Positions 18,086-28,462 of a stretch of DNA of 32,000 nucleotides are shown here, in pieces. Positions within the stretch are counted from its first letter, which is position 1; each line of letters begins with the position of its first letter. Origin of the DNA: an uncultured beta proteobacterium (lineage in GTDB: Bacteria > Pseudomonadota > Gammaproteobacteria > Burkholderiales > Burkholderiaceae_C); assembly GCA_903822205.1 (NCBI GenBank), contig CAIJOK010000024.1, forward strand, positions 6,512 to 38,511, read 5' to 3'. The position numbers and the translations under genes were made by a program. The notes under the pieces are model-generated. The model worked only from the letters and a program-made list of their open reading frames with translations, was not told the DNA's origin and searched no databases.

Positions 18086-19318
18086 CTAAAAGTTTTTGAC
18101 GATCCAGTCACGCAGGCTGCCAAAAGCAGTCTTCATGGAGCCATTTTTTTGGGCCACCTTCAGGCCGCGCAGACGGGCTTGACGCGCTTCTTCAAGCATG
18201 CCCATCACAGTGGCAGCGCGAGGTTGTGCCACCATGTCTGACAGTGCGCCGGTGTATTTGGGGATGCCGCTACGCACCGGCATGGTCAAGAAAATGTCCT
18301 CGCACAGATCGACCATACCGGGCATGATGCAACTGCCGCCAGTCAACACCACGCCGCTGATCAGCGTGTTGGAAAAGCCGGACTCGGTGACGATCTGGTG
18401 CATCAGCCTGAATATCTCTTCTACCCGTGGCTCGATCACGCCGGCTAGGGCCTGGCGACTTAACATGCGTGGGCCACGGTCGCCCAGACCAGGTACTTCA
18501 ACCTGGGCCTCGGGGTCAGCCAGCAACTGCTTGGCGTAGCCGTTTTCTATTTTGATGTTCTCGGCATCCTTGGTGGGCGTACGCAATGCCATGGCGATGT
18601 CACTGGTGATCAAGTCTCCGGCAATCGGGATCACGGCGGTGTGGCGAATCGCCCCCCGCGTGAAAATGGCCAAGTCGGTCGTTCCTGCGCCGATGTCGAT
18701 CAGGGCCACGCCCAGCTCGCGCTCATCGTCGGTCAGTACGGACAGACTTGATGCCAGCGGATTGAGCATCAGCTCTTCAACCTCCAAGCCGCAGCGACGG
18801 ACACATTTGATGATGTTTTCAGCGGCGCTCTGGGCACCTGTCACGATGTGAACGGTGGCATCGAGTCGCACACCGCTCATTCCAATAGGCTCTTTGACAT
18901 CCTCGCCATCAATGCTGAACTGCTGAGGTTCCACCAGCAACAGACGCTGGTCTGAGGATATGTTGATGGCTTTGGCGGTTTCGATCACCCGCCCAACGTC
19001 GGTGGCGGTGACCTCGCGCTCGTTGATGGCCACCATGCCGTGCGAATTGATACCACGCAGGTGGCTGCCCGTGATACCGGTATAGACACGGGTGATCTTG
19101 CAGTCGGCCATCAGCTCTGCCTCTTTGAGGGCCTGCTGAATACTATGGACGGTGGCATCAATATTGACCACCACGCCGCGTTTCAAGCCACCGCTGGCGG
19201 CCACACCCAGACCGGCCAGTTTTAAATCGCCGCTGGCGGTGACCTCGGCCACGACGACCATCACCTTGGCGGTGCCAATGTCCAGACCGACGACCATGTC
19301 CCTAAATTCTCTTGCCAT
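18086..19318 (-). CDS. ftsA: Cell division protein FtsA (actin-like ATPase)
   Basis: VVGLDIGTAKV, DIGAGTTDLAIF and VLTGGSCIMPGM. It sits between ftsQ and ftsZ. Confidence 0.96.
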   Translation of the reverse strand: MAREFRDMVVGLDIGTAKVMVVVAEVTASGDLKLAGLGVAASGGLKRGVVVNIDATVHSIQQALKEAELMADCKITRVYTGITGSHLRGINSHGMVAINEREVTATDVGRVIETAKAINISSDQRLLLVEPQQFSIDGEDVKEPIGMSGVRLDATVHIVTGAQSAAENIIKCVRRCGLEVEELMLNPLASSLSVLTDDERELGVALIDIGAGTTDLAIFTRGAIRHTAVIPIAGDLITSDIAMALRTPTKDAENIKIENGYAKQLLADPEAQVEVPGLGDRGPRMLSRQALAGVIEPRVEEIFRLMHQIVTESGFSNTLISGVVLTGGSCIMPGMVDLCEDIFLTMPVRSGIPKYTGALSDMVAQPRAATVMGMLEEARQARLRGLKVAQKNGSMKTAFGSLRDWIVKNF

Positions 19319-19324
19319 TGATGT

Positions 19325-20167
19325 TCACCTGTTGGTTGTGACGGATGGATTAGAACGATTGGCGGCGACCGTGCTGACACCGCCCAGACGCATGGCGTAG
19401 CCATCGGTGTGGCGCAGATCGACCGAAGCCAGTTGCGACGGGCTGCGCTTGAAAGCGGCGGTGGCCCGCGTCATGGTGCGCAAAAAGCGCTCGGTACGGG
19501 CCACGATGGCATCGCTGCTGCCACTGCCAAATATCAGTTCGGTGTCGTCGTTTTGGAGGCCGCGCCAGCCACCGCGTGCGGTCAATTCAAGCTGGGTGAG
19601 CGTCAAGTCGTGAGGGGCAAACAGGCCTTGCAGCTTTTGGTACATGGCCAACACCTGCACAGACTGGTCGTCAGGGCCGATCAGCCTTGGCAGGTTGTCG
19701 GCATCCACCTCGTCAGGGTTGGCATCAAAAATCTCGCCAAAACGGTCGATCAATCGCATGTCGCCATCGGTATTGCTGCTGTCGATTCCACTGCCATCGG
19801 ACCCTTTGCTGCCAGGCATCCAGTAGGCCACTGTTTGATGCTCAGAAAGTGCGACTTTCAGGCGGTTTGGGTACGCACGGTGAACGACGGCGTGCCTGAT
19901 CCATGGCAGTGATTCAAAGGCATGACGGGCGGCATTGACATCCTGGCTAAAAAAGTTACCACTCAAATGGGGCAACACATGGGCACGCAAGGTTACGGCG
20001 TTGTAGTGCGACACATCGCCGGTCACGGTGATTCCTTGAAGGTCAAACTGTGGCAGTTGCGTCACATAGGCCACTACTACACGCAGTGCCAGCAACAGTG
20101 CCAGCCCCACCAGAACTTGGGTCACCCTGTTCATCAGCCAAATATCAAAGGGAACGGGGGCACTCAT
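19325..20167 (-). CDS. ftsQ: Cell division protein FtsQ
   Basis: A single N-terminal TM helix followed by a POTRA-like segment ([19 protein letters not shown]... [19 protein letters not shown]). Its position between ddl and ftsA supports the call. Confidence 0.9.
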   Translation of the reverse strand: MSAPVPFDIWLMNRVTQVLVGLALLLALRVVVAYVTQLPQFDLQGITVTGDVSHYNAVTLRAHVLPHLSGNFFSQDVNAARHAFESLPWIRHAVVHRAYPNRLKVALSEHQTVAYWMPGSKGSDGSGIDSSNTDGDMRLIDRFGEIFDANPDEVDADNLPRLIGPDDQSVQVLAMYQKLQGLFAPHDLTLTQLELTARGGWRGLQNDDTELIFGSGSSDAIVARTERFLRTMTRATAAFKRSPSQLASVDLRHTDGYAMRLGGVSTVAANRSNPSVTTNR

Positions 20168-21117
20168 ACGGTTCCGTAGTCACAGCAAGCACTGGACAGC
20201 AGCAGCAGGCACAGCGCTTGGTAGCTGATGCCGGCTGCCCGGGCCGACATGGGTACCAGCGAGTGGCTGGTCATGCCGGGCGACGTGTTGATCTCTAGCA
20301 AAGAGGGCAAACGGGTGGGTGCATCGATCATCACATCGACACGCGCCCAGCCCCTGCAGCCCAGGCTGCGATAGGCCTCTTGCGCCAGTTGCATGATGCG
20401 GGCCTCTTCACCGTCTGGCAAACCGGCAGGCACCAGATATTCGGTGGTGTCTGTAAAGTATTTGTTGTTGTAGTCGTAATTGCCGTCCGGTGCCTTGATG
20501 CGGACGACCGGCAGCGCACGGGCATCGGCGCATGTACCCAAGACAGGCACGGTGACCTCATCGCCTGCAATGTATTGCTCACACAAAACCTCGTCGCCCA
20601 GCCCTGCTGCCAAGGCGTAGGCAGCTTCGCACTGACCCACTGACGTGACTTTGGTCAGACCGATCGTGGAACCCTCACGCGAGGGCTTGACGATCATCGG
20701 ACAGCCGAGATCACCAAGTGCCGTACGGGTAGCCGCAGCGCTATCCACTTTGAGCCAGTTTGGCGTAGGCAGACCATCTGCTCGCCAGATATGCTTGGTC
20801 ATGATCTTGTCGATGGCAATGGCGGATGCCATCACACCCGGGCCGGTGTAAGGAATGCCCATCAGCTCAAGCGCGCCTTGCACCGTACCGTCTTCGCCAA
20901 AGCGTCCGTGCAGGGCGATAAAGCAGCGCGTAAAGCCCTCTTGTTTGAGGCAAACCATGTCACGCACTGAGGGGTCAAAGGCGTGGGCATTGACACCCTG
21001 CCCCTGAAGGGCCTGCAATACGCCGTGCCCTGACATAAGCGATATCTCGCGCTCGGCAGAGGCCCCACCCATCAGCACGGCCACCTTGTCAGATGCCAGG
21101 TCAAATGGACTCATCAT
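20164..21117 (-). CDS. ddl: D-alanine--D-alanine ligase
   Basis: [45 protein letters not shown] and EINTSPGMT. The start at ATG 21117 overlaps the murC TGA (ATGA). The ORF-track start at 21207 lies inside murC. Confidence 0.95.
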   Translation of the reverse strand: MMSPFDLASDKVAVLMGGASAEREISLMSGHGVLQALQGQGVNAHAFDPSVRDMVCLKQEGFTRCFIALHGRFGEDGTVQGALELMGIPYTGPGVMASAIAIDKIMTKHIWRADGLPTPNWLKVDSAAATRTALGDLGCPMIVKPSREGSTIGLTKVTSVGQCEAAYALAAGLGDEVLCEQYIAGDEVTVPVLGTCADARALPVVRIKAPDGNYDYNNKYFTDTTEYLVPAGLPDGEEARIMQLAQEAYRSLGCRGWARVDVMIDAPTRLPSLLEINTSPGMTSHSLVPMSARAAGISYQALCLLLLSSACCDYGTV

Positions 21118-22553
21118 GCCCGTCCCGTCTGCATGGAGTGCTCTGCATTGTGTAGCATTTCGACCACTTGAGCCGCCACCGAGCCGATCGTGCCGGCCCC
21201 CATGCACAAGACCACGTCGCCGTTTTGGGCGTTGTCGCAGATGGCCTGCGGCATGTCGGCAATGTCGGCCACAAACACAGGCTCAATGCGGCCCGCCACC
21301 CGCAGGGCACGGGCCAGACTGTGGCCGTCGGCTGCCACGATAGGTGACTCTCCGGCGGCATACACATCAGCCAACAACACCGCATCAGCCTGGGCCATGA
21401 CGCTCACAAAATCATCAAAACAGTCCCGGGTGCGGGTGTAACGATGCGGCTGAAACGCCAGCAACAGCCGTCGCCCGGGGTAAGCCCCGCGCGCTGCCGC
21501 GATGGTGGCAGCCATTTCGGCTGGATGGTGTCCATAGTCGTCGATCAGCGTGAACGTGAACGTGCCACCACCGACGCAAGCCGTTAGATCGCCGTGGTGT
21601 TGAAAGCGCCTACCCACACCCTTAAACTGGGCCAAGGCGCGCAAAACGGCATCATCGGCAAGGTTCAACTCAACGGCCACGGCAATCGCCGCCAGGGCAT
21701 TCAACACGTTATGACGACCGGCCAGGTTAAGCACCACTTGCAGATCAGGCAGCACCACGCCGTTGCGACGCTGCACCGTAAAGTGCATTTGCACCCCTAC
21801 CGCCCGCACATCCACAGCGCGAACCTGCGATCCTTCAGAAAAACCATAGGTGGTTACAGGGCAGGTGACTTGCGGCACGATGGATCGGACGGCGGAGTCA
21901 TCGGTACACAAAATGGCCGTGCCATAAAACGGCATACGGTGTAAAAACTGGACAAACGCTTGCTTCAGACGGTCAAAGTCGTGACCATAGGTGGCCATGT
22001 GGTCGGCATCCATGTTGGTCACGATGGCCATGAGGGGCAGCAGGTTCAAAAATGAGGCATCGGACTCATCAGCCTCAACGACGATGTGGATGCCTTGTCC
22101 CAGACGGGCATTGGCCAAAGCACTGTTCAGCCGCCCGCCGATCACAAAGGTGGGGTCAAGGCCGGCTTCGGCCAAAAGGCAGGCCACCAGACTGGTGGTG
22201 GTGGTTTTGCCATGGGTACCGGCAACTGCAATGCCCTGCTTGAATCGCATCAGCTCAGCCAGCATCAGGGCGCGTGGCACCACCGCTATGTTTTTGGCAC
22301 GTGCGGCCAACACTTCGGAGTTGTCGGCGTGTACTGCCGTAGAGGTCACCACGACATCAGCGCCTGCAACGTGTTCTGGCGCATGGCCCACAAACGTGCG
22401 AATGCCTAGAGCAGACAGGCGTTGCAGGGTGACACTGTCAGCCTGGTCGGAGCCTGACACGGTGTAGCCTAAATTGAACAACACCTGGGCAATGCCGCAC
22501 ATGCCCGAGCCACCGATGCCCACAAAATGGATATGTCGGACGGCGTGTTTCAT
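21114..22553 (-). CDS. murC: UDP-N-acetylmuramate--L-alanine ligase
   Basis: [18 protein letters not shown], the [12 protein letters not shown]-loop and DDYGHHP. Confidence 0.96.
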   Translation of the reverse strand: MKHAVRHIHFVGIGGSGMCGIAQVLFNLGYTVSGSDQADSVTLQRLSALGIRTFVGHAPEHVAGADVVVTSTAVHADNSEVLAARAKNIAVVPRALMLAELMRFKQGIAVAGTHGKTTTTSLVACLLAEAGLDPTFVIGGRLNSALANARLGQGIHIVVEADESDASFLNLLPLMAIVTNMDADHMATYGHDFDRLKQAFVQFLHRMPFYGTAILCTDDSAVRSIVPQVTCPVTTYGFSEGSQVRAVDVRAVGVQMHFTVQRRNGVVLPDLQVVLNLAGRHNVLNALAAIAVAVELNLADDAVLRALAQFKGVGRRFQHHGDLTACVGGGTFTFTLIDDYGHHPAEMAATIAAARGAYPGRRLLLAFQPHRYTRTRDCFDDFVSVMAQADAVLLADVYAAGESPIVAADGHSLARALRVAGRIEPVFVADIADMPQAICDNAQNGDVVLCMGAGTIGSVAAQVVEMLHNAEHSMQTGRA

Positions 22554-23662
22554 AGGATGTCCTCACACGCCGCCACAATGGCCTCTGTGGCGTGGGTTTG
22601 TTGCAGGCATTTGGCCTCGATCGCTTTGTTCATCAGTGTGGTTCGCTCTGTATTCATGAGTATCTCAGCCAATTTTTCAGGGCCAAACTGAAACTGCGGC
22701 AGCAGCCAGGCAGCCCCCTGATCAACCAAAAATCGGGCATTTTGGGTTTGATGGTCATCGACGGCATAGGGGTAGGGCACAAACAAGGCTGCAGCTCCCA
22801 CGGCGGCAATCTCGGTCACGGTACTGGCACCCGCACGGCAAACCACCAAGTCAGCGTCGGCCATGGCCTGCGCCATGTTGTCGATGAACGGCAGCAGTTG
22901 GGCATCCACGCCGGCATCGGCATAGTGGCGCTGCACGGCCTCGATCTGCAATGCACCGCTCTGATGGGTGACCATCGGGCGACGGTGCTGCGGTATCAGG
23001 GCCAGAGCGCGTGGCACGACTTCATTAAAGGCCTGTGCGCCTTGACTGCCGCCAATGACCAGTACCCTGAGCGGCCCGGTGCGGCCCATAAAACGATCCT
23101 GGGGCTCTGGCACCGTCAAAAACGCTATGCGCAAGGGATTACCCACCCAGCGGGCACCTTTGATCACACACGGAAAAGCCGTGAACACGCGGCTGGCCAA
23201 ACGGGCTTGCAGCCGGTTAGCCAGACCAGCGACGGCATTTTGCTCATGCAGCACCAACGGAATGCCCAGCAACGCGCCCATCGATCCGGCGGGTGCCGTG
23301 ATATAGCCCCCCAGTCCCACCAGCACATCGGGTCGAACGCGGCGCAGCACCAGCAGGCTTTGCAACCACGCCACCATCAAGCGCAAAGGCAAGAGCGCCG
23401 TCATCCACCATCCGCGTCCACGCACACCCCCAAAGTGGATCGCGTCAAAGGCAAAGCCTTGAGGGGGAATCAACAGGCTTTCCATACTGGGATGCGAACG
23501 GCTGCCCGCGCCACCCAGCCAATGCACCCGCCAGCCGCAAGACCGCAAGGCATGGGCTATGGCCAGCCCCGGAAAGATGTGTCCGCCAGTGCCACCGGCC
23601 ATGATCAAGGCACACTTGCCCGCAGGGGACCGTGTGGAAGGCGTGACCGTCCGGTGGGTCAT
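22550..23662 (-). CDS. murG: Undecaprenyldiphospho-muramoylpentapeptide beta-N-acetylglucosaminyltransferase
   Basis: [22 protein letters not shown] and the [14 protein letters not shown] blocks. Confidence 0.95.
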   Translation of the reverse strand: MTHRTVTPSTRSPAGKCALIMAGGTGGHIFPGLAIAHALRSCGWRVHWLGGAGSRSHPSMESLLIPPQGFAFDAIHFGGVRGRGWWMTALLPLRLMVAWLQSLLVLRRVRPDVLVGLGGYITAPAGSMGALLGIPLVLHEQNAVAGLANRLQARLASRVFTAFPCVIKGARWVGNPLRIAFLTVPEPQDRFMGRTGPLRVLVIGGSQGAQAFNEVVPRALALIPQHRRPMVTHQSGALQIEAVQRHYADAGVDAQLLPFIDNMAQAMADADLVVCRAGASTVTEIAAVGAAALFVPYPYAVDDHQTQNARFLVDQGAAWLLPQFQFGPEKLAEILMNTERTTLMNKAIEAKCLQQTHATEAIVAACEDIL

Positions 23663-24921
23663 GTCCGGCCTCCCGGCATCAGGGCACGGTTTTCGTGATC
23701 GACTCGCAGCACCACGGCGATCGCAGCCAGGTTAAGCAGCATGGCGCTGCCGCCGTAGCTCATCAGGGGCAAGGTCAACCCCTTGGTGGGCAATGCACCC
23801 AGGTTGACACCCATGTTGATAAAGGCCTGAAACCCCACCCAGATGGCTACGCCCTGGGCCAGCAGTCCGGCAAACACCCGCTTCAGGGTGATGGCTTGCC
23901 GGCCAATGTTCATCATGCGCCGCACCAGCCATAAAAACAGCCCGATCACCAGCATGATGCCCACAAGACCAAACTCCTCGCCGATCACCGCGAGTAAAAA
24001 ATCGGTATGGGCCTCTGGCAACCAATTCAGCTTTTCGACGCTGCCGCCCAAACCCACCCCAAAGACCTCGCCTCGCCCGATGGCAATCAGCGAGTGGGTC
24101 AGTTGATAGCCTTTGTCCAGAGCGTAATCGGCGTTCCATGGGTCAAGGTAAGCAAAAATGCGTTTACGGTGCATGTCGCTGAAGGTGACCATCAGGCCAA
24201 AAGCCGCCACCATGGCCGCCGTGATCAGCAAAAAAACCGTGGCATTGACACCACCTAAAAATAAAATGCCCATCGCGATCACGGCGATCACCAAAAAGGC
24301 ACCCATGTCGGTCTCGGCCAACAGCAATACCCCTGCTGCCAGTACCGCAGCGCACATGGGCCAGACGGCCTTGAACAGGTGCTCTTTGTCCTCCATCTTG
24401 CGCACCATGTAGTCCGCTGCATACAGCACCACGGTAAATTTGGCCAACTCTGACGGCTGAAAACTGAGCAGACCCAAGCCTATCCATCGTCGCGAACCAT
24501 TGACCACCTTGCCGATGTGTGGGATCAAGACCAGCACCAGCAATACCAATGACAGTGCAAACAAAGGGCGGGCCAGCTTTTCCCAAACGGAGATCGGCAC
24601 TTGCCAGGCCAGCAGAGCCACGATCGACGAGATCAGCAGCCACAGCGCATCAAGCTGTAGAAAATGATGATGGGTGTAGCGTACATAGCGGTCCATCTCG
24701 GGTAAAGCGATCGAGGCTGAATAGACCATGACGAGCCCCCACAAGAGCAGGATGGCAGTGACCCAAATCATGGCCTGATCAACCGTCTCGCCCTCTGCGT
24801 CTGGCGGGCCTGATGCCTGCAAATGTCGGGCATTGAGGCGCACGGGCAAGGTCATGGACGCATCATCTTGTGGACTTGTGCGACCTGATTGGCTGAACTT
24901 GCGAAGCAGACGGGCGATCAT
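23659..24921 (-). CDS. ftsW: SEDS-family peptidoglycan glycosyltransferase FtsW
   Basis: Polytopic membrane protein with QPSELAKF, the [14 protein letters not shown] region and [12 protein letters not shown]. It sits between murD and murG. Confidence 0.93.
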   Translation of the reverse strand: MIARLLRKFSQSGRTSPQDDASMTLPVRLNARHLQASGPPDAEGETVDQAMIWVTAILLLWGLVMVYSASIALPEMDRYVRYTHHHFLQLDALWLLISSIVALLAWQVPISVWEKLARPLFALSLVLLVLVLIPHIGKVVNGSRRWIGLGLLSFQPSELAKFTVVLYAADYMVRKMEDKEHLFKAVWPMCAAVLAAGVLLLAETDMGAFLVIAVIAMGILFLGGVNATVFLLITAAMVAAFGLMVTFSDMHRKRIFAYLDPWNADYALDKGYQLTHSLIAIGRGEVFGVGLGGSVEKLNWLPEAHTDFLLAVIGEEFGLVGIMLVIGLFLWLVRRMMNIGRQAITLKRVFAGLLAQGVAIWVGFQAFINMGVNLGALPTKGLTLPLMSYGGSAMLLNLAAIAVVLRVDHENRALMPGGRT

Positions 24922-26411
24922 GATGAGCCTCCCGGCGCAGCGATACCGTGTACCGCCTGCACAAACATCCTGGCACGGTGGGCATAGTCGTTAAACATGT
25001 CCAGGCTGGCGCAGGCCGGTGACAACAACACGGTGTCGCCTATCTGCGCCAAGGCATAGGCCTGTTGCACGGCATCGTCCATGGCCTGTGCGTACCGCAA
25101 CGGCACACCGGTGTCTGCCAAAACCGCATGGATCAGATGAGCGTCCCGTCCGATCAACACGGCAGCCCGTGCAAACTGCCTGACAGCTTGGGCCAGAGGG
25201 CCAAAATCCTGCCCTTTGCCGTCACCGCCCAAAATGATCACGACTTTGCAGGTGGCCCCCACACTGCCAAGTGCCGCCACAGTGGCCCCCACGTTGGTCC
25301 CCTTGCTGTCGTCGATAAAGTCAATACTGCACACCGAATTTACCCATTGCACACGGTGCGGTTCGCCGCGATAGGCACGCAGGCCGCCCAGGGTGAGGTT
25401 TGGCGGACAGCCCGCCGCAGTCGCCAAGGCCAGGGCCGCCTGCGCATTGAGTGCGTTGTGATGGCCCCGGATCAACAAGTCGCCGGTGGGTAGCAACCGC
25501 TGTAGGGGCAGGGCCGATGCTTGCCCACCGTGTAACTCCGTGGTGATCTCTGTGGCGCGAACAAGCCACGTCACGCCGTCTGCCACATCCAGTCCAAAGT
25601 CACCCGGGCGCTGCGGAACATCGCTGCCAAAGGTCACCGTGTTTGATGCAGTGCCCGGACATGGGGCTGCGCCTGTTTGCATCGCCATCACAGCAGGGTC
25701 ATCGCGGTTAAGCACTTGTAAACGTATTTGCAAACCTGCGTGACCAAAAATTCGGCTTTTGGCTTGGGCATAGGCCGCCATACTGCCGTGCCAGTCGAGG
25801 TGATCCTGCGTGAGGTTGAGCACCGTGGCCGCAGTGGGGCAAAAACCGTCTGCGCTATCCAGTTGAAAGCTGGACAGCTCAAGCACCCACACCTGGGGCA
25901 GGTCGTCAGCATCCAGCCGTGCCGCCAAGGTGTCAAGCAGCGTGGGGCCAATATTGCCGGCCACTGCCACGGTCCTGCCGGCGTGTGCCACCAGTTGGCC
26001 GGTCATCGACGTGACCGTGGTTTTGGCATTGGTGCCGGTGATCGCCAACACGACGGGGGCATAGCCACGGCTGGAGGCAAGCTGCGCCAGCGCCTGTGCA
26101 AACAAAGTCAATTCGCCGCTGACGCTGATGCCGCTTGCCTGCGCGGCTGTGGCAATCACTGCGATCTCTGCCGGGCTGAGGCCCGGGCTTTTGAACACGG
26201 CATTCACACCCTGCAACAGGCCGGCAGTGAATGCACCGCCGACAAAGCGGATCATGGGCAACTCACTTTGCAGCACGGCCAACTGCGGCGGGTTTTGCCG
26301 TGTATCGGCTACCGTGACCCGTGCGCCGCAACGGACACACCAGCGCGCCATGCCCAGGCCGGACGCGCCCAGGCCCAGAATCAGAATGTGTTGGTGTTGA
26401 AGGGAGTTCAT
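24918..26411 (-). CDS. murD: UDP-N-acetylmuramoylalanine--D-glutamate ligase
   Basis: [16 protein letters not shown] (N-terminal Rossmann fold), the [12 protein letters not shown]-loop, [11 protein letters not shown] and [11 protein letters not shown]. Confidence 0.93.
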   Translation of the reverse strand: MNSLQHQHILILGLGASGLGMARWCVRCGARVTVADTRQNPPQLAVLQSELPMIRFVGGAFTAGLLQGVNAVFKSPGLSPAEIAVIATAAQASGISVSGELTLFAQALAQLASSRGYAPVVLAITGTNAKTTVTSMTGQLVAHAGRTVAVAGNIGPTLLDTLAARLDADDLPQVWVLELSSFQLDSADGFCPTAATVLNLTQDHLDWHGSMAAYAQAKSRIFGHAGLQIRLQVLNRDDPAVMAMQTGAAPCPGTASNTVTFGSDVPQRPGDFGLDVADGVTWLVRATEITTELHGGQASALPLQRLLPTGDLLIRGHHNALNAQAALALATAAGCPPNLTLGGLRAYRGEPHRVQWVNSVCSIDFIDDSKGTNVGATVAALGSVGATCKVVIILGGDGKGQDFGPLAQAVRQFARAAVLIGRDAHLIHAVLADTGVPLRYAQAMDDAVQQAYALAQIGDTVLLSPACASLDMFNDYAHRARMFVQAVHGIAAPGGSS

Positions 26412-26431
26412 GGTTCGTGTGATTCAGTCGA

Positions 26432-27391
26432 TCAAGCGCATTGCATGGATAACTCAAATGGCCGCCATTCGTCAAATAATGAAGTTTTGACTGCGCCGGT
26501 TTGACTGTATTCTTGAATGGCGTTTGCGATAAATGTGCCGAGATTGACCGGAACGGCATTTCCGATCATTTGCTCCAAGTTTGTTTTGGTACCAAAAAAT
26601 TTGAAATCGCTGGGGAATGTTTGAATATAACTGCGCTCAATGGTCGTGAGTGGCCTGACATTTTTGAGATCAACATGATCCGGATCGCAAGTATTGAGCT
26701 TGTAACCTTTGGGCACAGGCCGATTGACACCCCGGACAGTTGGGCTGGGTTCATCGATCGTAAAAACGCCCCTGCGGTTATAGTTTCTGGGGTGGCGATA
26801 ATAAACCTCCAAACCAAGCTTGTTGCCAAGATAATCACGGATTGTCATTTGTTTTTTGGCAAGATTTTTTTTGATGATTCCGTCAAGTTGATGATGAGGG
26901 CCATTCAAGATGCCTATCAAAAAGAATCTTGTTCTGGACTGAGGTACGCCACAAAATGAAGCATCAAGAATAATTGATGTCAAACCATAACGCGCCTTGT
27001 CAAATTGCTCTATCACATCCGCAAGAATGTGGCTCTTTTTGATTTGTTCAACATTTTCCATGACAAACCACATGGGTTTCAATGCACAGACAATATTCGC
27101 AAAATGACAGGTCATATCTGCCCTTCCTTGTGTGACATCCCGTTTTCCTGCACTTGAAAAATCCTGGCAGGGCGGGCCCCCCATGATGATGTCTGGCGCA
27201 AATTCCTTGATTTTGTCAATGGATTCTTTTTCATTGGACAAATCCTGATTGAATACAGGATGAGAAAAATTTTGTTGATACACATCAATGGCAGGTTGCC
27301 AATGATCAAAAGCGGCAACGACATCCAGTCCGGCTTGTTGAAAGCCCAGGGAAAGTCCTCCGCAACCTGAAAAAAGATCAACGCACTTCAT
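26432..27391 (-). CDS. DNA (cytosine-5)-methyltransferase, type II R-M modification subunit
   Basis: All canonical m5C-MTase motifs are present in order: I DLFSGCGGLSLGF, IV GGPPCQDFS, VI FVMENV, VIII QSRTRFFLIG, IX ERSYIQTFPSDF, X GNAVPVNL. There is a short variable (TRD) region between motifs VIII and IX. Confidence 0.95.
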   Translation of the reverse strand: MKCVDLFSGCGGLSLGFQQAGLDVVAAFDHWQPAIDVYQQNFSHPVFNQDLSNEKESIDKIKEFAPDIIMGGPPCQDFSSAGKRDVTQGRADMTCHFANIVCALKPMWFVMENVEQIKKSHILADVIEQFDKARYGLTSIILDASFCGVPQSRTRFFLIGILNGPHHQLDGIIKKNLAKKQMTIRDYLGNKLGLEVYYRHPRNYNRRGVFTIDEPSPTVRGVNRPVPKGYKLNTCDPDHVDLKNVRPLTTIERSYIQTFPSDFKFFGTKTNLEQMIGNAVPVNLGTFIANAIQEYSQTGAVKTSLFDEWRPFELSMQCA

Positions 27392-28434
27392 ATAAAAAGA
27401 TGAGGGGAATTGAACAAGATAGCATCGAAACGACGTTCAGGACTCAACAAATTCTGACCGCCACCCAAAATGATGTTTTTGATTTCTGATCGTCTGATGA
27501 TGGGTTTGATCAATCTGGGGCAGGACATGTACGGATTGGTGATATTTCCTGAAGAAGCGAAAGCCTTGTCATTTTTTGTATTGAATGACAGTTCGTCAAT
27601 AATCCTTTCGTGATTAAATTTATTATTATCTTTAATATCGCTCAACATCTTATATAGCCAAATTGCGGTTCTGGTTTGCCGTGTGATGTTTGCGGAGTCG
27701 GGGTTTTGATTGGCTATACTTGAAATAAAATAACCAAATCCGGCATTGCTCCAGACAAATACATCCAAACAGTTTTCAGAAAGTTCTGGTGATTTTCCGT
27801 TGGTTTTCCAGATGGGTTGCAGCAAAAATGCTTTTTGTTGTTTTTGAAGTGCGACGGAAATTAACTTAATGGCACAAACAATGGCATCTATTTTCTCTGA
27901 TACTTGCCTCGCATCAGACCAGTCCGTGATGGCGATCGACGGTACATGATCTCCAAGTGCACTGGATAAACTCATAGCCATGCTGCAAGCCAGATAAACG
28001 ATCGTATCGGGTCTGATGACAATTTCGCTTCCATAAAGATTTTCGTCAAGATCACACGTCGTATTGTCAGGCAAGGCTGTCAATTTGACATCCAAACCGG
28101 CCAAACATTCTCCAGTACTTTCCTTTTGAACCACCAAATCTGTTCTGGGCAAAGAACCCACCACAAATTTTTGAAATGGCGTATGCTGTGATTCGAATGC
28201 AAAATAAGCATCCTTATCATCTGCACGGATTCCAAATACATTTTGGATTGGAATAAAACTTTGGATTAACTTGCCGTTTTCAATTGCCAGATAATTGCCT
28301 GGCAAATTTTTGGATGCTAAATAACAACATAATGCAGCAGGAAATGATGAATTAAATTGATTCTTACCCCAGGTTTCCCGTTGAGTAAAATCCCGATTGG
28401 TACGATTCAAACCAAATAAGCAGGGGGTGTTCAT
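27388..28434 (-). CDS. Candidate type II restriction endonuclease (family not identified; PD-(D/E)XK-like E81...D99-x15-D115-V-K117)
   Basis: The 348-aa intact ORF has a stop that overlaps the MTase ATG (ATGA at 27388-27391). It has the same low GC content as the MTase and an AAAGG Shine-Dalgarno upstream. The segment FAFESQH...PRTDLVVQKESTGECLAGLDVK fits a PD-(D/E)XK core. The functional call rests on context plus this motif only. Confidence 0.6.
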   Translation of the reverse strand: MNTPCLFGLNRTNRDFTQRETWGKNQFNSSFPAALCCYLASKNLPGNYLAIENGKLIQSFIPIQNVFGIRADDKDAYFAFESQHTPFQKFVVGSLPRTDLVVQKESTGECLAGLDVKLTALPDNTTCDLDENLYGSEIVIRPDTIVYLACSMAMSLSSALGDHVPSIAITDWSDARQVSEKIDAIVCAIKLISVALQKQQKAFLLQPIWKTNGKSPELSENCLDVFVWSNAGFGYFISSIANQNPDSANITRQTRTAIWLYKMLSDIKDNNKFNHERIIDELSFNTKNDKAFASSGNITNPYMSCPRLIKPIIRRSEIKNIILGGGQNLLSPERRFDAILFNSPHLFI

Positions 28435-28462
28435 GGATGTGATACCTTTATTATTAGTTTTT

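Larger units (their letters stand above)
26412..28462 (-). other. Horizontally acquired low-GC islet (two-gene R-M cassette) occupying the mraY-murD junction
   Basis: Hand counts of individual 60-nt lines inside the islet give 25% (27601), 37% (28261), 38% (27181) and 42% (26881) GC, versus 60% for a line in mraY (28681). Codon usage is AT-rich. The islet is bounded by the mraY stop (28463) and the murD start (26411). Confidence 0.8.

Noticed and set aside
22592-23698. 368-aa plus-strand ORF
   Set aside because: It is entirely antisense to murG. The sequence is Arg/Gly/His/Gln-rich low complexity, typical of shadow ORFs in approximately 60% GC DNA, and murG carries clear family motifs.
25728-26504. 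258-aa plus-strand ORF spanning the murD 5' end and the cassette boundary
   Set aside because: It is antisense to murD and to the MTase 3' end. It has no motifs and a low-complexity composition.
26501-26959. 152-aa plus-strand ORF inside the low-GC cassette, considered as a possible third cassette gene or controller protein
   Set aside because: It lies wholly antisense to the MTase region encoding motifs VIII-X. It has no HTH or other motif, and the AT-rich DNA gives no start context in its favour.
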